From contig OX597827.1 in NCBI GenBank assembly GCA_951406725.2, positions 72,106,001-72,170,000 of the forward strand: a DNA stretch of 64,000 bases. Direction: 5' to 3'. Numbering within the stretch: the first letter of the stretch is position 1; each line of letters opens with the position of its first letter. Below, piece after piece: positions 1 through 13,800 of this stretch. Below the pieces are notes generated by a model. It was not told where the DNA came from. It searched no databases and saw nothing but the letters and a program-made list of their open reading frames with translations. This stretch comes from Octopus vulgaris (lineage: Eukaryota). The position numbers were made by a program, and so were the translations under genes.

Positions 1-238
1 CTGAATGGGATGCCAGTCGGTCAAAGGGTCAACTTGCTTGTTACTGCTGTTACTCATTTACAGCTGAGTGGACTGGAGCAATGTGAAATGAAGTGTTTTG
101 CTCAAGAACACATTGCACCACCCAGTCCAGAGATTGAAACCACAATCTTGTGAATGTCAGTGCAACCCACAAACCACTAGGCCATATGCCTCCAGATAAA
201 GCAAAGTAAAAAAAAAAGAGTGTAAAAAAAAAATTTAC

Positions 239-330
239 CAAAACGTCTTCTCTGGAACCCATCATCATTATTTTGAGATTAGGTTTGAGCTTTAAGGTTC
301 CAAGTTGAATGTCATCCTCTGGAGGTCGAC
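239..330 (-). CDS. UBLCP1: UBLCP1 coding exon 2 (end of the ubiquitin-like domain); gene continues beyond the left edge
   Basis: Translates (G)[30 protein letters not shown], resembling UBLCP1 [29 protein letters not shown]. AG acceptor at 332-331, GT donor at 238-237. 92 nt; phase matches exon 1. Confidence 0.92.
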
Positions 331-1339
331 CTGGAATAATAAACAATTAGATAGGAGATATTTTGTTCTTTGTACATTGGAGAAAATACCATTTTACATT
401 GGACTTATAGGAACAACAAAAGACACAATAACAATTACCATATTTGATAGTATATAAAATGCACTATTTTCCTTCTAAAAATTCTCAAAAATTTCCACCC
501 CAAGTCTTATATGCAACGCTAGGCTTCCCATAAGCTTTAAGGCACTAAAGCATTTATTCTTGAATATGTGCACAAGAAATTGGGGTGTTGTGTCTAATAT
601 GCCAGTGTGCCTTTTATGCCATCAAATATGGTGACGGTGATAGTTGTCATTTGCAACTAAGTAAGACTTGATGGAGTGTACCATACTGTTGTCTTTCATT
701 TTAGGTGCCTATGTAGCTATAAGCAGACATAGACTTTCTCTCAACTTTCCCATGGTTCACCTGGCAATGTTGATGAATTATCTTAGGGACTACAGCTTTG
801 AATTTTTCCTCAGGGTTTACTCCTGAAGCTTTTTCTATAGGTTGGTATCGTTGCAAAGCATCAGATGTTCGGGGTCAAAATTTGTCCTCTCTTGGTTGGA
901 TTACCTTCATATGGTGACAAGTTTCACTCCACCTTTGTTTCAAAGATGTTTAAACTTTTAGCATGTGGAATACGCTGCCAAAAGCAATACCTATGTATTC
1001 ACATTGTTTTGAATTTGTCATGCATTATCTCAGCTTCAAGATTTTGACGATATATTTGTTTAGTTTTAGAATGACATTGTAGGGTAGGTGTGAGAGGCTA
1101 GATCTGGCCAGTTTAAACATAAAAAAGGTAGAAAATTTGGGCCAGATATAGCCAGTTTAATCCTTTTAATACGAAAAGATTTGAATTAAAATCTTCCACC
1201 AAACCTTAGTCACAATTTATGTTCCTAACACTAGCTTAATGATAACAAAGTTATTTTACTAAATTGTTATATTTAAAATTAATTGAAAGAAACACAGAGA
1301 ATCTCAACAGAAATATGGTAAGAGAAGGGCTAAAGGGTT

Positions 1340-1670
1340 AAAAAAGCAACATAAAGCCTCTTAATAGGAACATTGAAAAGCGGATGGATACTGCTGCTAA
1401 TTGCTCCCACTGGAGACAGGAGCTAGACGAAGATTTTGAAAATATGAGAGTAGGGGTTGAGGATTGCTGGAAGGAAAAAAATGCAAATTTGCCAAAAAGA
1501 GGCACCAGGACAAGACTAGTGGCGAACAACACCTTTAAGTGTAGTCGCTGTGACCAGGACTGCCACTCACATGGTGATCTCTATGATTACAACAGATGTT
1601 GTTATGCCAACAAAGTTAAAAGAAGAGTTTCTAGGAGCAGATCCATGGTCCCACAAGATTAATATTGCCT
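1340..1670 (+). mobile_element. RTE-clade LINE 3' end remnant
   Basis: ORF 1384-1662 ends in TFKCSRCDQDCHSHGDLYDYNRCC...SMVPQD, resembling the C-terminal zinc finger and tail of RTE LINEs. Confidence 0.7.
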
Positions 1671-2935
1671 TCTCCAATTTTATCTCACATAGTCATGAAA
1701 CAAGAAATTTAAAAGGTGGAGTTAATTGAGTAACCCTTTAACATTTATACTGGCCACATCCGTCCTAAAGATTCTGTTTTATGTTCAGACTGGCCAGATT
1801 TTGGCCTCCCACACCAACCCTGTCATTCTAAAACATACAATCAGATCATTGAAATCTCAAAGCTACAAGATGATGCATAATTAATTCAAAACAATGTGAA
1901 TAAATAAACATTATAGGAGCAGGAGTGGCTGTGTGGCAAGTAGCTTGCTTACCAACCAGGTACAGTCCCACTGCGTAGCACGTTGGGCAAGTGTCTTTTA
2001 CTATAGCCTTGGGCTGATCAAAGCCTTGTGAGTGGATTTGGTAGACAGAAACTGAAAAGAAGCCTGTCGTATATATATATATATAGTTTTATATATATAA
2101 ATATACATTCACACACACACATATATATATATATATATACATATATGCATCATCATCATCATCTAACGGCCATTTTCCATGCTGGCATGGGTTGGACAGT
2201 TTGACTTAGGTCTGGAGAGCCAGTGGCTGAACCAGGATCCAATCTGATCTGGCAGTGTTTCTACAGCTGGATGCCCTTCCTAACGCCAACCACCCTGAGA
2301 GCATAGTGAGTGCTTTTTATGTGCCACTGGCATAGATGCCAGTCAGGCAGGCCTGGCATTGATCACCCTGAGAGAGTGCTTTTTACATGACAACGGCACG
2401 GGAGCCAGTCAGGGGGCACTGGCCACAGGCCACAGCTTTGATCTTGGTTTTACTTGACTCAACAGGTCTTCTCAAGCATATTATATCGCCCAACATATCA
2501 AGCGTACTTTTAAATGGGCTGGACATGCAACACTGGCATCGGCCATAGCTACGCTGTCTGTGTTTGTGCCCCCCAACATCACTTGACAACCAATACTTGT
2601 GTGTTTACGTCCCTGTAACTTAGTGGTTCAGCACAAGAGGCCAATAGAATAAGTACTAGGCTTACAAAGAATAAGTCCTAGGATTGATTTGTTTGACTAA
2701 AAGGCGGAGCTCCAGCATGGCCACAGTCAAACAAATAAAAGAATTACATTCGATAAAGTCATCTGAATACTAAAAGGTTAATTCAACTCTGCCTAACATT
2801 TGACTGGTACTTACTTATCAACCCTGGAAGGATGAAAGGCAAAGTTATCCTCAGTGGAAATTGAACTCGGAATAAACTTAAATATCGTTATTCTATTGGA
2901 ATTTTATTCTGATCCAAAATTTGTAAAAGTATATC

Positions 2936-3318
2936 TCTTTCTCTTTTTACTTGTTTCAGTCATTTTGACTGCGGCCATGCTGGAGTACCGCCTTTTATCG
3001 AGCAACTCGACCAAGGGACTTATTCTTTGTAAGCCCAGTATTTATTCTATCGGTCTCTTTTGCCGAAGCGCTAAGTCACGGGGACATAAACACACCAGCA
3101 TCGGTTGTCAAGCAATGCTAGGGGGACAAACACAGACATACACGCACATACATATATACGACGGGCTTCTTTCAGTTTCCGTCTACCAAATCCACTCACA
3201 AGGCTTTGGTCAGCCCGAGGCTATAGTAGAAGACACTTGCCCAAGGTGCCACGCAGTGGGACTGAACCCGGAACCATGTGGTTGGTAAACAAGCTACTTA
3301 CCACACAGCCACTCCTGC
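2936..3318 (-). mobile_element. tRNA-derived octopus SINE, family A (head GCAGGAGTGGCTGTGTGGTAAG, central (AT/GT)n, tail GAAACAAGTAAAAGAG)
   Basis: Recurs through the window, e.g. 8176-8556(+), 9300-9625(+), 16900-17510(+), 27405-27798(-), 33072-33394(-), 35420-35966(-), 41157-41562(+), 43095-43440(+), 56164-56560(+). The head has tRNA-like A/B boxes. Confidence 0.85.
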
Positions 3319-5238
3319 TATAGCGCTGAAAAATAAAAACTTTCCTAATTTCAATTAGTTTTTAAAATATTTAATATCGTCATCTACGTAATAAAAAATG
3401 TCATCCACCGTCTCGCTTGATAAAGCAGATGTTACTCGGTTTCGAACGTGGCCTGTAAGCATTCGACTGAAGTCTGATGTCCTGATAAATCCACTAGATT
3501 AATATGGCTTAGGACTGCCTTCAAAATATTTGGCGGATGCGGATGAAATGTACATCCACTGAAAAAAAAGTACCAGCGTATATCAGCTAACATACCCAAA
3601 TGATCTCTCTGGTAATTATTGGTGACAGATAGGTAAAACAAAAGAAAGCATTCGGCAGATTTAAGTGCAGGGCTAAACCCCTGCAGTGAGTTTGAACTAA
3701 AAAAACTTCTGAGCTTGTAATCTATCCAATACCATTATTATACTAAGACATCACACACCCAATGCACAATGTACGTGTGTCTACAAAAAAACATATAGTC
3801 TTTAATAAAAGAATTATGATTTTAAAACAATGTCTGACTGAAGATATGTACATATCCCCATAATAAACTTAACGATTGACGCGGACAGTTTTCAAATACG
3901 ATCAGTGTCGACAGGGAATGGAACTCGGAACGACTGTTTGGAAGGCAACCACAGGAGAAGTTTCTGTGCGGACGCTCGAACTGCTAGAAATACCAGCGAA
4001 ATCTCCACCAAACAAATCACGCTTACTGTTTTGCACCGGGTAAGAAGACGATGGATAATGTTGTCCTATAAATCCTTAATAGGAAAGCATAGCCATGACT
4101 GGAATAATTTTGTTCATGGGTTTGCTCGATTGGGGTTGAACTAGAGCTAAATAAGAGCAAAAACAACGATTTGATGGCAACCCTTTTCAGTGCGTGGGTG
4201 AAAAGGGAGAAAGAGGTGTGTTTATAGTCCTTAACTTTTAATGTATAATATTTATTAATTGCAACACGTATCATAAACAGGTAATAGCGGAACACAAACC
4301 ACGTCTATAAACAGAAAAGGAATCTATGAAACACACCAATAAAGATATTATTTCTTCAAGGCCAATGGCTTTTGTACATTTCTCTCCCTATTCCTTATAA
4401 TTCTTCATCCTTTCACGAAGGTTATGTTTGCTTATATTCAGTAATCACCAGAAGCCATAAGTTTTAATTAATGATGACAAACAAATCAAATTTAAATTCA
4501 GGCTAAAAAAAAAAATGATTTCGGTTTAATGTTTCTTGTACAGGCCTATATTTACACACACACACACATGTTTATGTAATTTAAACTGATCACAAGGATT
4601 TGTACTTCATAATACGGTTGTTCTTCTCATACACAAAAAGAATCAGATGAACAATAATAATAATAATAATAATGCGCTTAACTTTATATTCCTAGATAAA
4701 TTACTATGTCTTTAAAAATGAGATAAAAATAGATTTGGGTTCGTCAATCGAATCAAAATGAATGTTTGATGAAATCATTCATTACTAAGCTCTGATGTTT
4801 ATAACAGCAATGTCATAGTTTCATAAAGGAAATTATTTTCCATCTTCTGACTCACTTCGGCAACGGTCACTCTTACTCATATTCCATTTTAATAAATGTA
4901 ATAAATGACAGATTGCAATTATAATGGGTCGTCTATTATTTTAATTGCGTAAACTGAAGAAGATAATTATAATAAATTAATACATGCTAAGGGTCGTCTC
5001 ATTTTTTTTTTCTTTCCTTTTCTTTAGTTCGTCTCCTAATTTAATTTTAAAAAGGCTCGAATTCTAAGCCTGATTTAGGTTCCGAACAAGCTCGACTTCA
5101 TCGAATCGTGCCTGCATTTTAAAATATAAAATTAAATAATTCTATATCTCTTCTAACCAGGCTGTAAATAGAAGGTTTTTAAGTTAAAGGCAGTAAACAT
5201 CAAAACAATGAACAGAACGATGAAATCCAAGCGCAAAC

Positions 5239-5404
5239 CATTATACTGCAGGCCTAACAGCTTCTGTCTGTGAGGAAGAACTCCGGTCAAGTTCTGTATT
5301 TTGGACTTTAGATCAGCGACAGTGTTCGAACTCGTCAGATCGGTCAGTTTATACTCGTTTCCACTCCAGCGGACAGTCATTTCTACTGGGGTGTCTGCTG
5401 CCAT
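5239..5404 (-). CDS. UBLCP1: UBLCP1 coding exon 1 (ubiquitin-like domain-containing CTD phosphatase 1)
   Basis: MAADTPVEMTVRWSGNEYKLTDLTSSNTVADLKSKIQNLTGVLPHRQKLLGLQYN(G) carries the UBLCP1-type UBL signature TGVLPxRQKLLGL. Phase-1 GT donor at 5238-5237. Confidence 0.92.
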
Positions 5405-5469
5405 CCTTGCAGACAAGACGGAACCGTTGACAATTCTCGACGTTGTTATTATTGATGAACAAAACACGA

Positions 5470-5575
5470 ACTGATTGAGGGAGGGGACGTAGCCGGATAT
5501 CCGGTTCGTACACGTGACTGCTACTTCCGGCCTACCGACGGCTCCGAACAGAATCTCTTGGCACGTGTTAACGTC
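5470..5575 (-). promoter_or_regulatory. Likely UBLCP1 promoter
   Basis: CpG-rich patch just upstream of the ATG, with an ETS-like ACTTCCGG, two CACGTG E-boxes and the palindrome CCGGATATCCGG. Confidence 0.5.
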
Positions 5576-5922
5576 CTCGTCCTCCCATCTTCTAACTTAA
5601 TCCTTTCTATCATAGGTGCAAGGCCTGAAATTTTGGTGGGAGGGGTTGCTAGTTCGATTACATCGATACCCCAGTGCTCAGACACCTTATTTTATCGTCT
5701 GTGAAAGGATTAAAAGGCAAAGTTGACCTCGGCAGAATTTGAACTCAGAACGTAAAGACGGACGAAATGCCGCTAATCTTTTGTCCGTCGCAGTAACCAT
5801 TCTGCCAGCTCGCCGCCTTCCCATATCGAAATAACACAGATACGACATTGACTTTTCGGACACTGGAGGTCCGGAATCTCTTATAATCCGAATTAATTTA
5901 TGCCGAAGGGCACAAATATTCC

Positions 5923-6330
5923 GGATTTTTCGGTTTGAACGGCAGTTTTTTAAAATAATTTCCACGTAACTAAACACTTTTAAACTTAGCATACTGGTAG
6001 AATGTGTTTACAAAACATCTTTTTCTCTTGGCTTTATTGAGAAAATTCTATAGTTTGTAAGATATCTTGTTTTTTTTCTTCAATTTCTGCAATTTCAACC
6101 AATCAATGACGACTATTGAGGTGAAAAACATTCTGTGCTGAATGAATATGTCCCTCGTTTAAGAAACAGATTGGGTTTATTTACATTTCTGAAGAAAAAA
6201 ATATACCCTTCCCCCACCCCTAACCCTAAAAGAGATTGAAATGCAATAGATCGATACTAGGGTCATAATTATGGGTGACAATTTCATATGACACCGCTAG
6301 AAAAAACTGCCGTTCAAACCGAAAAGATCC
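5923..6330. mobile_element. MITE with ~28-bp terminal inverted repeats
   Basis: GGATTTTTCGGTTTGAACGGCAGTTTTTT at 5923 and AAAAAACTGCCGTTCAAACCGAAAAGATCC ending at 6330; non-coding interior. Confidence 0.7.
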
Positions 6331-6991
6331 AATATACCCGGTGTCGAGTCAAAACAAAAGATTGCTATTTATTTCATCAACAACAGTGGAATTTGAACTT
6401 AGAATGTAAAAATGGACGAAATGCCGCTAAGCTTGTTGCCAGCTCACCGCCTTAAATTAAGCAAATATTAAAATTTACTTGGATAAGGAAATGAAATACA
6501 GGCACCGGAGCACTAGTATAAATTATAAAAAATAAAAAATAAATGTTGCTTCTTGAGCCTTGCTAGGCTTTTAAGGGCCGTTTTCTCGGTTCCAGTGGCG
6601 TAGAAATTCCCCACCTGGACGGGACACCGGTCCATTGCAGGATTACTCACTTTTGCCAGCTGAGTGAACAGGAGCAACGTGAAATGAAGTGTTTTGCTCA
6701 AGAACATAACACCTCGCCCGGTCCAGGAATCAAAACCACAACCTTACGATCAGGAGTTCAACACCCTAACCACTAAGCCACGTGCCTCCACAAGTATAAA
6801 TTATACAAGTTTATTAATACTATACTGTGCAAGGTACCCGTAAATCAGTCTGATGGCCACGGGTGTATGGCTATCTTTCATATTGAAACATAACCAAATA
6901 AGTATCACTGGGGTCGATGTGATCGACTCTGCTGCCTGTCCCTTAAAATTGCCGGCCCCGTGCCAAAATTTGAAATCAATATTTGTTTAAT

Positions 6992-7218
6992 TTAACCCTT
7001 TAGTGTTCTGATTATTCTATCAAACATAATGCTTATTGATTCCCATTGATTTGTATTAATCATGCATTATCTCATATCTTCAAGATCTTGATGGTGTAAT
7101 TACTTAATGTAGAATAACATTGTAGGGTAGGTGTGAGAGCCTGGATCTGGTCAGTTTGAACATAAAACAGATTAAATATTTTGGCCAGATATGGCCAGTT
7201 TAAATACTAAAGGGTTAA
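6992..7218 (+). mobile_element. piggyBac-like MITE (TTAACCCTTTAG ... CTAAAGGGTTAA)
   Basis: TIRs with TTAA at both ends. Related copies at 34441-34622(-), 63725-63954(-), about 990-1340, about 1735-1910 and about 52055. Confidence 0.7.
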
Positions 7219-8175
7219 GGCAGTAAGCTGGTAGAATCGTTAACGCAGCGGGTAAAAAGTTTAGCAGCATTTTATCTGTCTTCGTGTTCTGAGTTCAAAT
7301 TACGCCGAGATTGACTTCTCCTTTGATACTTTTGGGGTCGACGAATTAAGTACCTGTTGGGCACTAGGGACGATGTAATCGACTTAACCCCATCCCCCTA
7401 AACTGCTGGCCTTGTGCCAAAATTTGAAACAAATAGTTGTTTAACTAGTACTTTATTTTAATGACTCTGGAAGAATAAGAATAGGTATTTCTAATATAGC
7501 CAGAAGGCTAGTAACTTTGAGGGGAGGGGCTGATTGGTTAAATTGACCCCAGTACATTATTTTATTGGCCTCTGAAGGCCAATTTGACGTTGGTAGGACT
7601 TGAACTCAGAACTTAAGTGGTCGTGACAACAATGGCTGTTGTAAACTATTACTGTAGGCAATATGTGTTTTTTGTGGGGTCTGGGGGCAGCAAACAGAAG
7701 GGCTGACCTGGGTGGCACTGTAATGATTCCTCCATCTGACTCACTTTAATCGTTTAAGGGGAAGAGTTAGTCAGCACCTTTGTTCCCCTACTTGACTCAA
7801 ACTCCATTTTATTGACTTTGTAAAGTTAAAAGGCAAAGTTCACCTCGACCAGATTTGAACTCAGAATCTAAAGAACCAAAACAAATACAGCCAGGCTCTT
7901 TTTCTTTTCTTTTTTTTTTAATTGCTTTAACAATTCTGCCAGCAGACCGACTCTGTTTCTTAAAAGTAATCATTAACAGTTCAGGCCTCATACTCAGCAC
8001 TGGATTAGCCATTAAGCAAAATAAGCACGTGCTTAGGGTATTGTGGGAAGGAGGGGGCACCACAGAAATGGTAAATGGTTTAAGGCACAAAAGAAATCAC
8101 TTTAAACTTGCTAAAATAATATTCAGGATGCTTTTATCTCTACTAAGTATAGATGCAGATGTGTTACCTAAGATT

Positions 8176-8556
8176 AGGAGTGGCTGTGTGGTAAGTAGCT
8201 TGTTTACCAACCACATGGTTCCGGGTTCAGTCCCACTGCATGGCACCTTTGGCAAGTGTCTTCTACTATAGCCTCGGGCTGACCAAAGCCTTGTGAGTGG
8301 ATTTGGTAGACGGAAACTGAAAGAAGCTTGTCGTATATATGTATATATATGCATGTGTTTGTCCCCCTAGCATTGCTTGACAACTGATGCTGGTGTGTTT
8401 ATGTCCCCGTTACTTAGCGGTTCGGCAAAAGAGACCGATAGAATAAGTACTGGGCTTACAAAAGAATAAATCCCGGGGTCGAGTTGCTCGATTAAAGGCG
8501 GTGCTCCAGCATGGCCGCAGTCAAATAACTGAAACAAGTAAAAGAGTAAGAGTAAA
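8176..8556 (+). mobile_element. SINE family A, near full length
   Basis: Head, central (AT)n and tail all present. Confidence 0.85.
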
Positions 8557-9715
8557 GACTTTGCAATTCAAAAAAGCAGGAGGAAACTTTTCAAATATAA
8601 ATGAAGTGGAAGTAGACAAAAATAGACCATTATTTTCCCTCTCACTGTTTTGTTTCATTTTGAAACATAAAAATATATTTTATGGTTTGTTATTGTTTAT
8701 ATTTTGAATTACATAATCTTTTATGAGGTTACCAAAATTTTTAAGTGCTTTGGGCTTCGATGGGTCTTAAGCCAGCCCTGCTCATACTGTTCTTTTAAAG
8801 AAAATTTCTCTTGGTCATTTAACAATATGCAAATGTGAGAATATCAGTGAACCACCTAATTATAAATACCAGTACTCAAACATAAAACGTGTGTGTGTGT
8901 GTGTTTGTATGCCTATCTGACATTGAGACTTCGAAACAGGTTGTTATATTCATTAATTAATTCACAGACACACTCATACATATTAAGTGTGTGACAAGGA
9001 TTGTTTTTAAACTCCCAGTAAATGATTAAAATTCAAAAGATAAACATACATTGAGTACTTTGCGTCTTTTATTTACACACTCCAACACTTTTATACAGGA
9101 CTGACATAAGAAAAAAAATGTTTGTCTTCAGGGTGTTGAAAATGACACATACATTCTTCGTTAATAAGTAACTTGAATATTATTTTCACTACATAAACTT
9201 TGGTTTGTAGTACTGAAATGAAAAGTGCCATTTTTCCTGTGACTATGTCTATTCACTACACAGACAGACACAAAGTAGTGGGTGTTTGTAAACAAACAGG
9301 CACAGGAGTGGCTGTGTGGTAAGTAATTTGTTAACCAACCACATGATTCTGGGTTCAGTCCCACTGCGGAGCACCTTGGGCAAGTGTCTTCTACTATAGC
9401 CTCGGGCCGACCAAAAGCCTTGTGAGTGGATTTGGTAGATGGAAACTGAAAGAAGCCCATCGTATATATATATATGTGTGTGTGTGTGTCCGTAACTTAG
9501 GGATTCGGCAAAAGAGACCGATAGAAAAAGTACTAGGCTTACAAAGAAGTTCTGGGGTCGATTTGTTTGACTAAAGGTGGTGCTCCAGCATGGCCACAGT
9601 CAAATGACTGAAACAAATAAAAGAAAAAAAATAGAATCTATATTTTTCTCATAATTATTTCAAAATAACTATATTTTATTTGAAAATATCCAAATATGTA
9701 AATAGAATTTAGAAG

Positions 9716-10330
9716 TCAATCTTGAAGCACCTCAGAGTAAACAATATTCATCGTGTAATTTTTTATTGGTGTCCGAATGAATAAATTGTTGCTGCTTCCA
9801 AGTTGTGAGGAAGCAACATAGAGTCGGCTGTGGGAGAAGAATGTAGTAGTGAGATGAAGTCCAACAACTTTGAGGGACTGACACTGAGATTTATTAATTG
9901 AAGTACCAAAACTCAGTTTGACTGGAAACTGAAGTGTCTTAAATTCAACTGGAACTTGAGACACTTCTGTAGGTATGAGAGAAAATTTTGAAATAAAGAC
10001 ATTTTCTTCTTTGTGACTACTTGTAACGATTGTTGCCTGTAAGACATGGGACTTCATGGAAGTGACAATTAAAGGAGTTCCATTACATAGGCAAGGTGGA
10101 TCAAGATTCCTAAGCAACATAATGGGAGCATCCGGCTTTAGTGTCAAGTCATGTGGTAGAAATTAAACAGCCTGACCTTGATCGACTGTTGTGTGAATTG
10201 ATGGAAAAGTCATTTCTGATGTATCTGTTAACTTTTGGGGAAGTTCGTGATTGAGTTTCTCAACCATTTCATTAGTTGGAGCCAGTATAGCTCTTTCTCA
10301 TAGCCAGTTTACATCAGTGAAATTGACAAT
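9716..10330 (-). mobile_element. Helitron RepHel (PIF1 helicase) C-terminal fragment, degenerate
   Basis: ORF LKPDAPIMLLRNLDPPCLCNGT...QFPVKLSFGTSINKSQCQSLKVVGL...SHSRLYVASS matches PIF1 motifs. Upstream on the same strand is ERAILAPTNEMVEKLN, with stop codons. Confidence 0.85.
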
Positions 10331-10394
10331 CACACATACACTTGCATATTCATACATTACATGTACTAAGACAGACATACATTTATGTAATGAA

Positions 10395-10630
10395 AATGCA
10401 AAAACACACACATATACAAAATGTGCCGTCATCATTGTGGTATAAAATGTCCTTTACTATGTCATACATAACGAACATGCAAATATACACGCTCATAAAC
10501 AGAATGTCATCATCATTGTCATGGTGGTATAAAATGTCCTTTACTATCTCTTGCATAACAAATGTGCAAACACACACAATCATATACGAAATGTGTCAAG
10601 ATGGTGGTATGAAATGTCCTTAACTATAGT
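10395..10630. repeat. Degenerate tandem repeat, about 3 units of 82-87 bp
   Basis: GGTAT(A/G)AAATGTCCTT(T)ACTAT recurs at about 10438, 10525 and 10607. Confidence 0.6.
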
Positions 10631-11880
10631 TGACTATAAAATAATTATCTTTATATTTAAATGTTATATTGTTTTAATCCAAATGAAAATAAAAATTATA
10701 TGTTGACACTTGTGAGGTCTAATACTGTTACCTTGTAAAATTTGATTTGATTTGGTGGAGCCATTTCAGAATGTATAGGGAACTGATAGACAGACAGACA
10801 AAGAATTTTATACATATAGTGATGAGAAAGTGACACATTAGATTTGTGGGTGTTGTGAAAAAAGACAAAATTAAGTGGGAAACAATTAAGGAATTTATCA
10901 AGAGTTATGTCCCTTAGTCCTCCCACCACCACCACCAAGAACAACAAATCCTGAGTTAGCTGTAAAGCAGCAAGAGTCTGGTGGGTAAAAATATGTTTGT
11001 ATGTGTGTATGGAGAAGTTTAAGAGGTTGGTATGAATGTAAAGCTGATATATATGTAGTGAGAATATTTTTGAAGGGTGGAATGAGCAGGTACCTGGACT
11101 TTTAACTTGATGTTTCGGTGCATATGGGTGTGTGTATTCCTGCATGTATGTTTTGGTTAAAAGCTTTGTTGGGTTCTCAGGATGTAACCGTGGGAGGACC
11201 GATGGTGGAGAACCTAGTGGAGAGGCCATGCTTACACTGTAAAGTGAGAAAGAAAAATGGCACATTCATGCTCAAACTTTGATCACATGACCACAATAGT
11301 TTCAACTATAAGCATGCTGGCACAGAAGGTGGTGTGACAATAATAAAGATATGTTGTGGCAAAATTACAGATAACTTTTGACTTCCTTTTGTAGATACAC
11401 AGAGTTTCTTACAGCTGTTTCTGGAATAGTCGAATGTGCGGTTCACCATATTGAGTAAGGATTTCATGGCCTGAGTATTCCATCATCAGAGGGGAAAATG
11501 TCAGAGGGATGTAAAAGCAAGGGAAAGTCTCCAGTTGAGGATATTAGTTGTATTCCAGTTTGTTGAGAATGAGGGAAGGATCAGAGTCAAATAGGAATGG
11601 GTTAGGTAGATCCATGATCAAATAAAAATTCAGGTATAGTTTAATGTCCAATAGTAGCTTCAAATGGAAATGTTCAATGATAATTCATGGTGAGGAAAAG
11701 TGCAAGTTTTAAATAAATAAATAAATAAACAAAGAAAGAAAATAGAAAGATATGCACGCATACTTAAACATGCATATAGAGTCTATTTTGAAATTCAACT
11801 CCAAGATAAGGAACAAGTCTATCTTTGTCATCACTTTTTGTAGAGTATATCAATATATGTGTGTGTATTTCTGTGTATAT

Positions 11881-11920
<40 letters not shown>

Positions 11921-13527
11921 CAACACATTTCACCACACAAATATTGATGACAAAGACATATTTGTTTCTTATCTTGGAGTTGAATTTGAAAATAAACTGA
12001 ATACATATCAGTACATTGAATCACATGTGAACACACATATACATATGTATGTATACATGCACACGCACACGTATACACACACACGTATACATACATACAT
12101 ACATACATGCATGCATACATACATATAAACATACATATATACATACATACGTATATATATCCTTTCATGTGATGTTGCATTTTTAGTAGTGGGTTTAGTC
12201 TTAGCACTTACTGTATATCCATTATATGCCATTTTTTATCAGCTTCTTATGTATTATACATACATACATACATACATACATACATACATACATACAGGCA
12301 GACAAAAATATGGACAGACAGACAGACTGATAAAGAGATAGATAAATATATATATTTGTGTGTGTACATACATACATACGTATATGCATATTTATGTACT
12401 CTGTTTTCTCCATGGATTACCAAGAATTTTTGGAAAAAAGTAAAAAATTTAAGAAATTGGGGTGGGGAGGGAAAAATTAAAAATATTGAGAACATGTTTT
12501 TTGGACAAAATCCTAATCTCCTGCATCAAAAACATAAGAATTAGAAGAAATTTAAGAGGAAAGTAAAGTGGGGGTGCAAGTGTTACCGCAGACATGCTAG
12601 AAACAACAGGTAAAGGACAGAATTTCTGAAAAAACTTGCCTTTAAGTTTATATCAATGATTGGGTTTTTAAATACACTCAATACAAAAAAATTAGAAAAG
12701 GTCATTTCAATTGGATTTGAGCTGTAATTTTGTGCATGGACACAGCAAGAAATAACATACTTCATACAGAAGTTTTACCTAGAGTGTGTGTGTGTGTGTG
12801 TGTGTGTGCCAAAGGAAGTTATTTTATGGCACTCTTTCATTTAAAGCAGCAAAGTTATCAACTTGATTATATGGTCAATCAGATGGGATCAAATAATTGT
12901 TCGTTAATTTTCATAGAAATTTTTTAATTGTTTTATGCTTTGAAGAAAGCAAAAATTGAAAGAGAAGAGAAAGTGAAACTGCAGCATTTGCTTTGAAGTG
13001 AGACCAGAAAGTGAAAGAGAGGAGAATGTGAAAGATGTATGTATGTGTGTATGCAATGGACATGTGTGTGTGTGTATGCGTGCATGAGAAAGAGAAGAGA
13101 GTGAGTGAAGGTGTGTATTGTCGTGTATGTATTTTTTGCATGTTTGTGTAAGTGGCACTTGCTCTCTCTCTCACTTTCACACACACACACAGTCTTTCAT
13201 ATGCACGTACATAAATATATATGTATATATCCATTTTGTATGTATGTGTGCATGTGCATGTGAGGGAGAGACTGAGTGACTGTATTTCCTCATACTATAT
13301 AGAGAAGTGGCTGCCTTTTAATGAAATATTTTTGGTAGTGACTTACTTTAGTACAATATTTATGTGTACATTTTCATAAATATTTGTCCGAGTAGAGTTC
13401 TACACATGCGTGAAACAAGCAAATCAAAATATTGCCCAAAAATGACCTTAAAATTATGTGACCCAACCTCATTTCCGAGGTTATTTTAGTAATAAAAAAG
13501 AGTTGTTGTACCAAAACTATAGTTTAT

Positions 13528-13800
13528 TTATTACCTTTGCCTTAGCGAAGGCAGAGGTATTGTTTTCAGTCATGTTTGTTTATTTGTTTGTCTGTGAACA
13601 AGATATTTCAAGAACCACGGGATGAATTCAGATGAAACTTTCTGGGATGTTTGGCCTCCTCACTAGCACAAACTGATTAGATTTTGGGATTGATCTGGTA
13701 CCGGTCAAGGGTCCTGGATTATTTTTCCTGTTTTTATTAATTAATTTTTGAGAGCAGTCAGGTTCATTTTTAGTATTTTTGTTGTAGTCCACATCTTACT
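13528..13800 (+). mobile_element. Non-autonomous Helentron/HINE-like element
   Basis: Starts TTATTACCTTTGCCTTAGCGAAGGCAGAGGTATTGTTTTC (short hairpin), followed by a GTTTGTTT/GTCTGT microsatellite, the usual HINE layout. Confidence 0.5.

Noticed and set aside
1916-2000. tRNA-like heads here and in many other copies
   Set aside because: They are SINE heads continuing into SINE bodies, not tRNA genes.
10696-11265. 189-aa minus-strand ORF
   Set aside because: Non-ATG start, no recognisable domain and no splice context.
11280-11700. Possible Tc1/mariner C-terminal remnant on the minus strand
   Set aside because: No convincing catalytic motif or TIR pair could be read.
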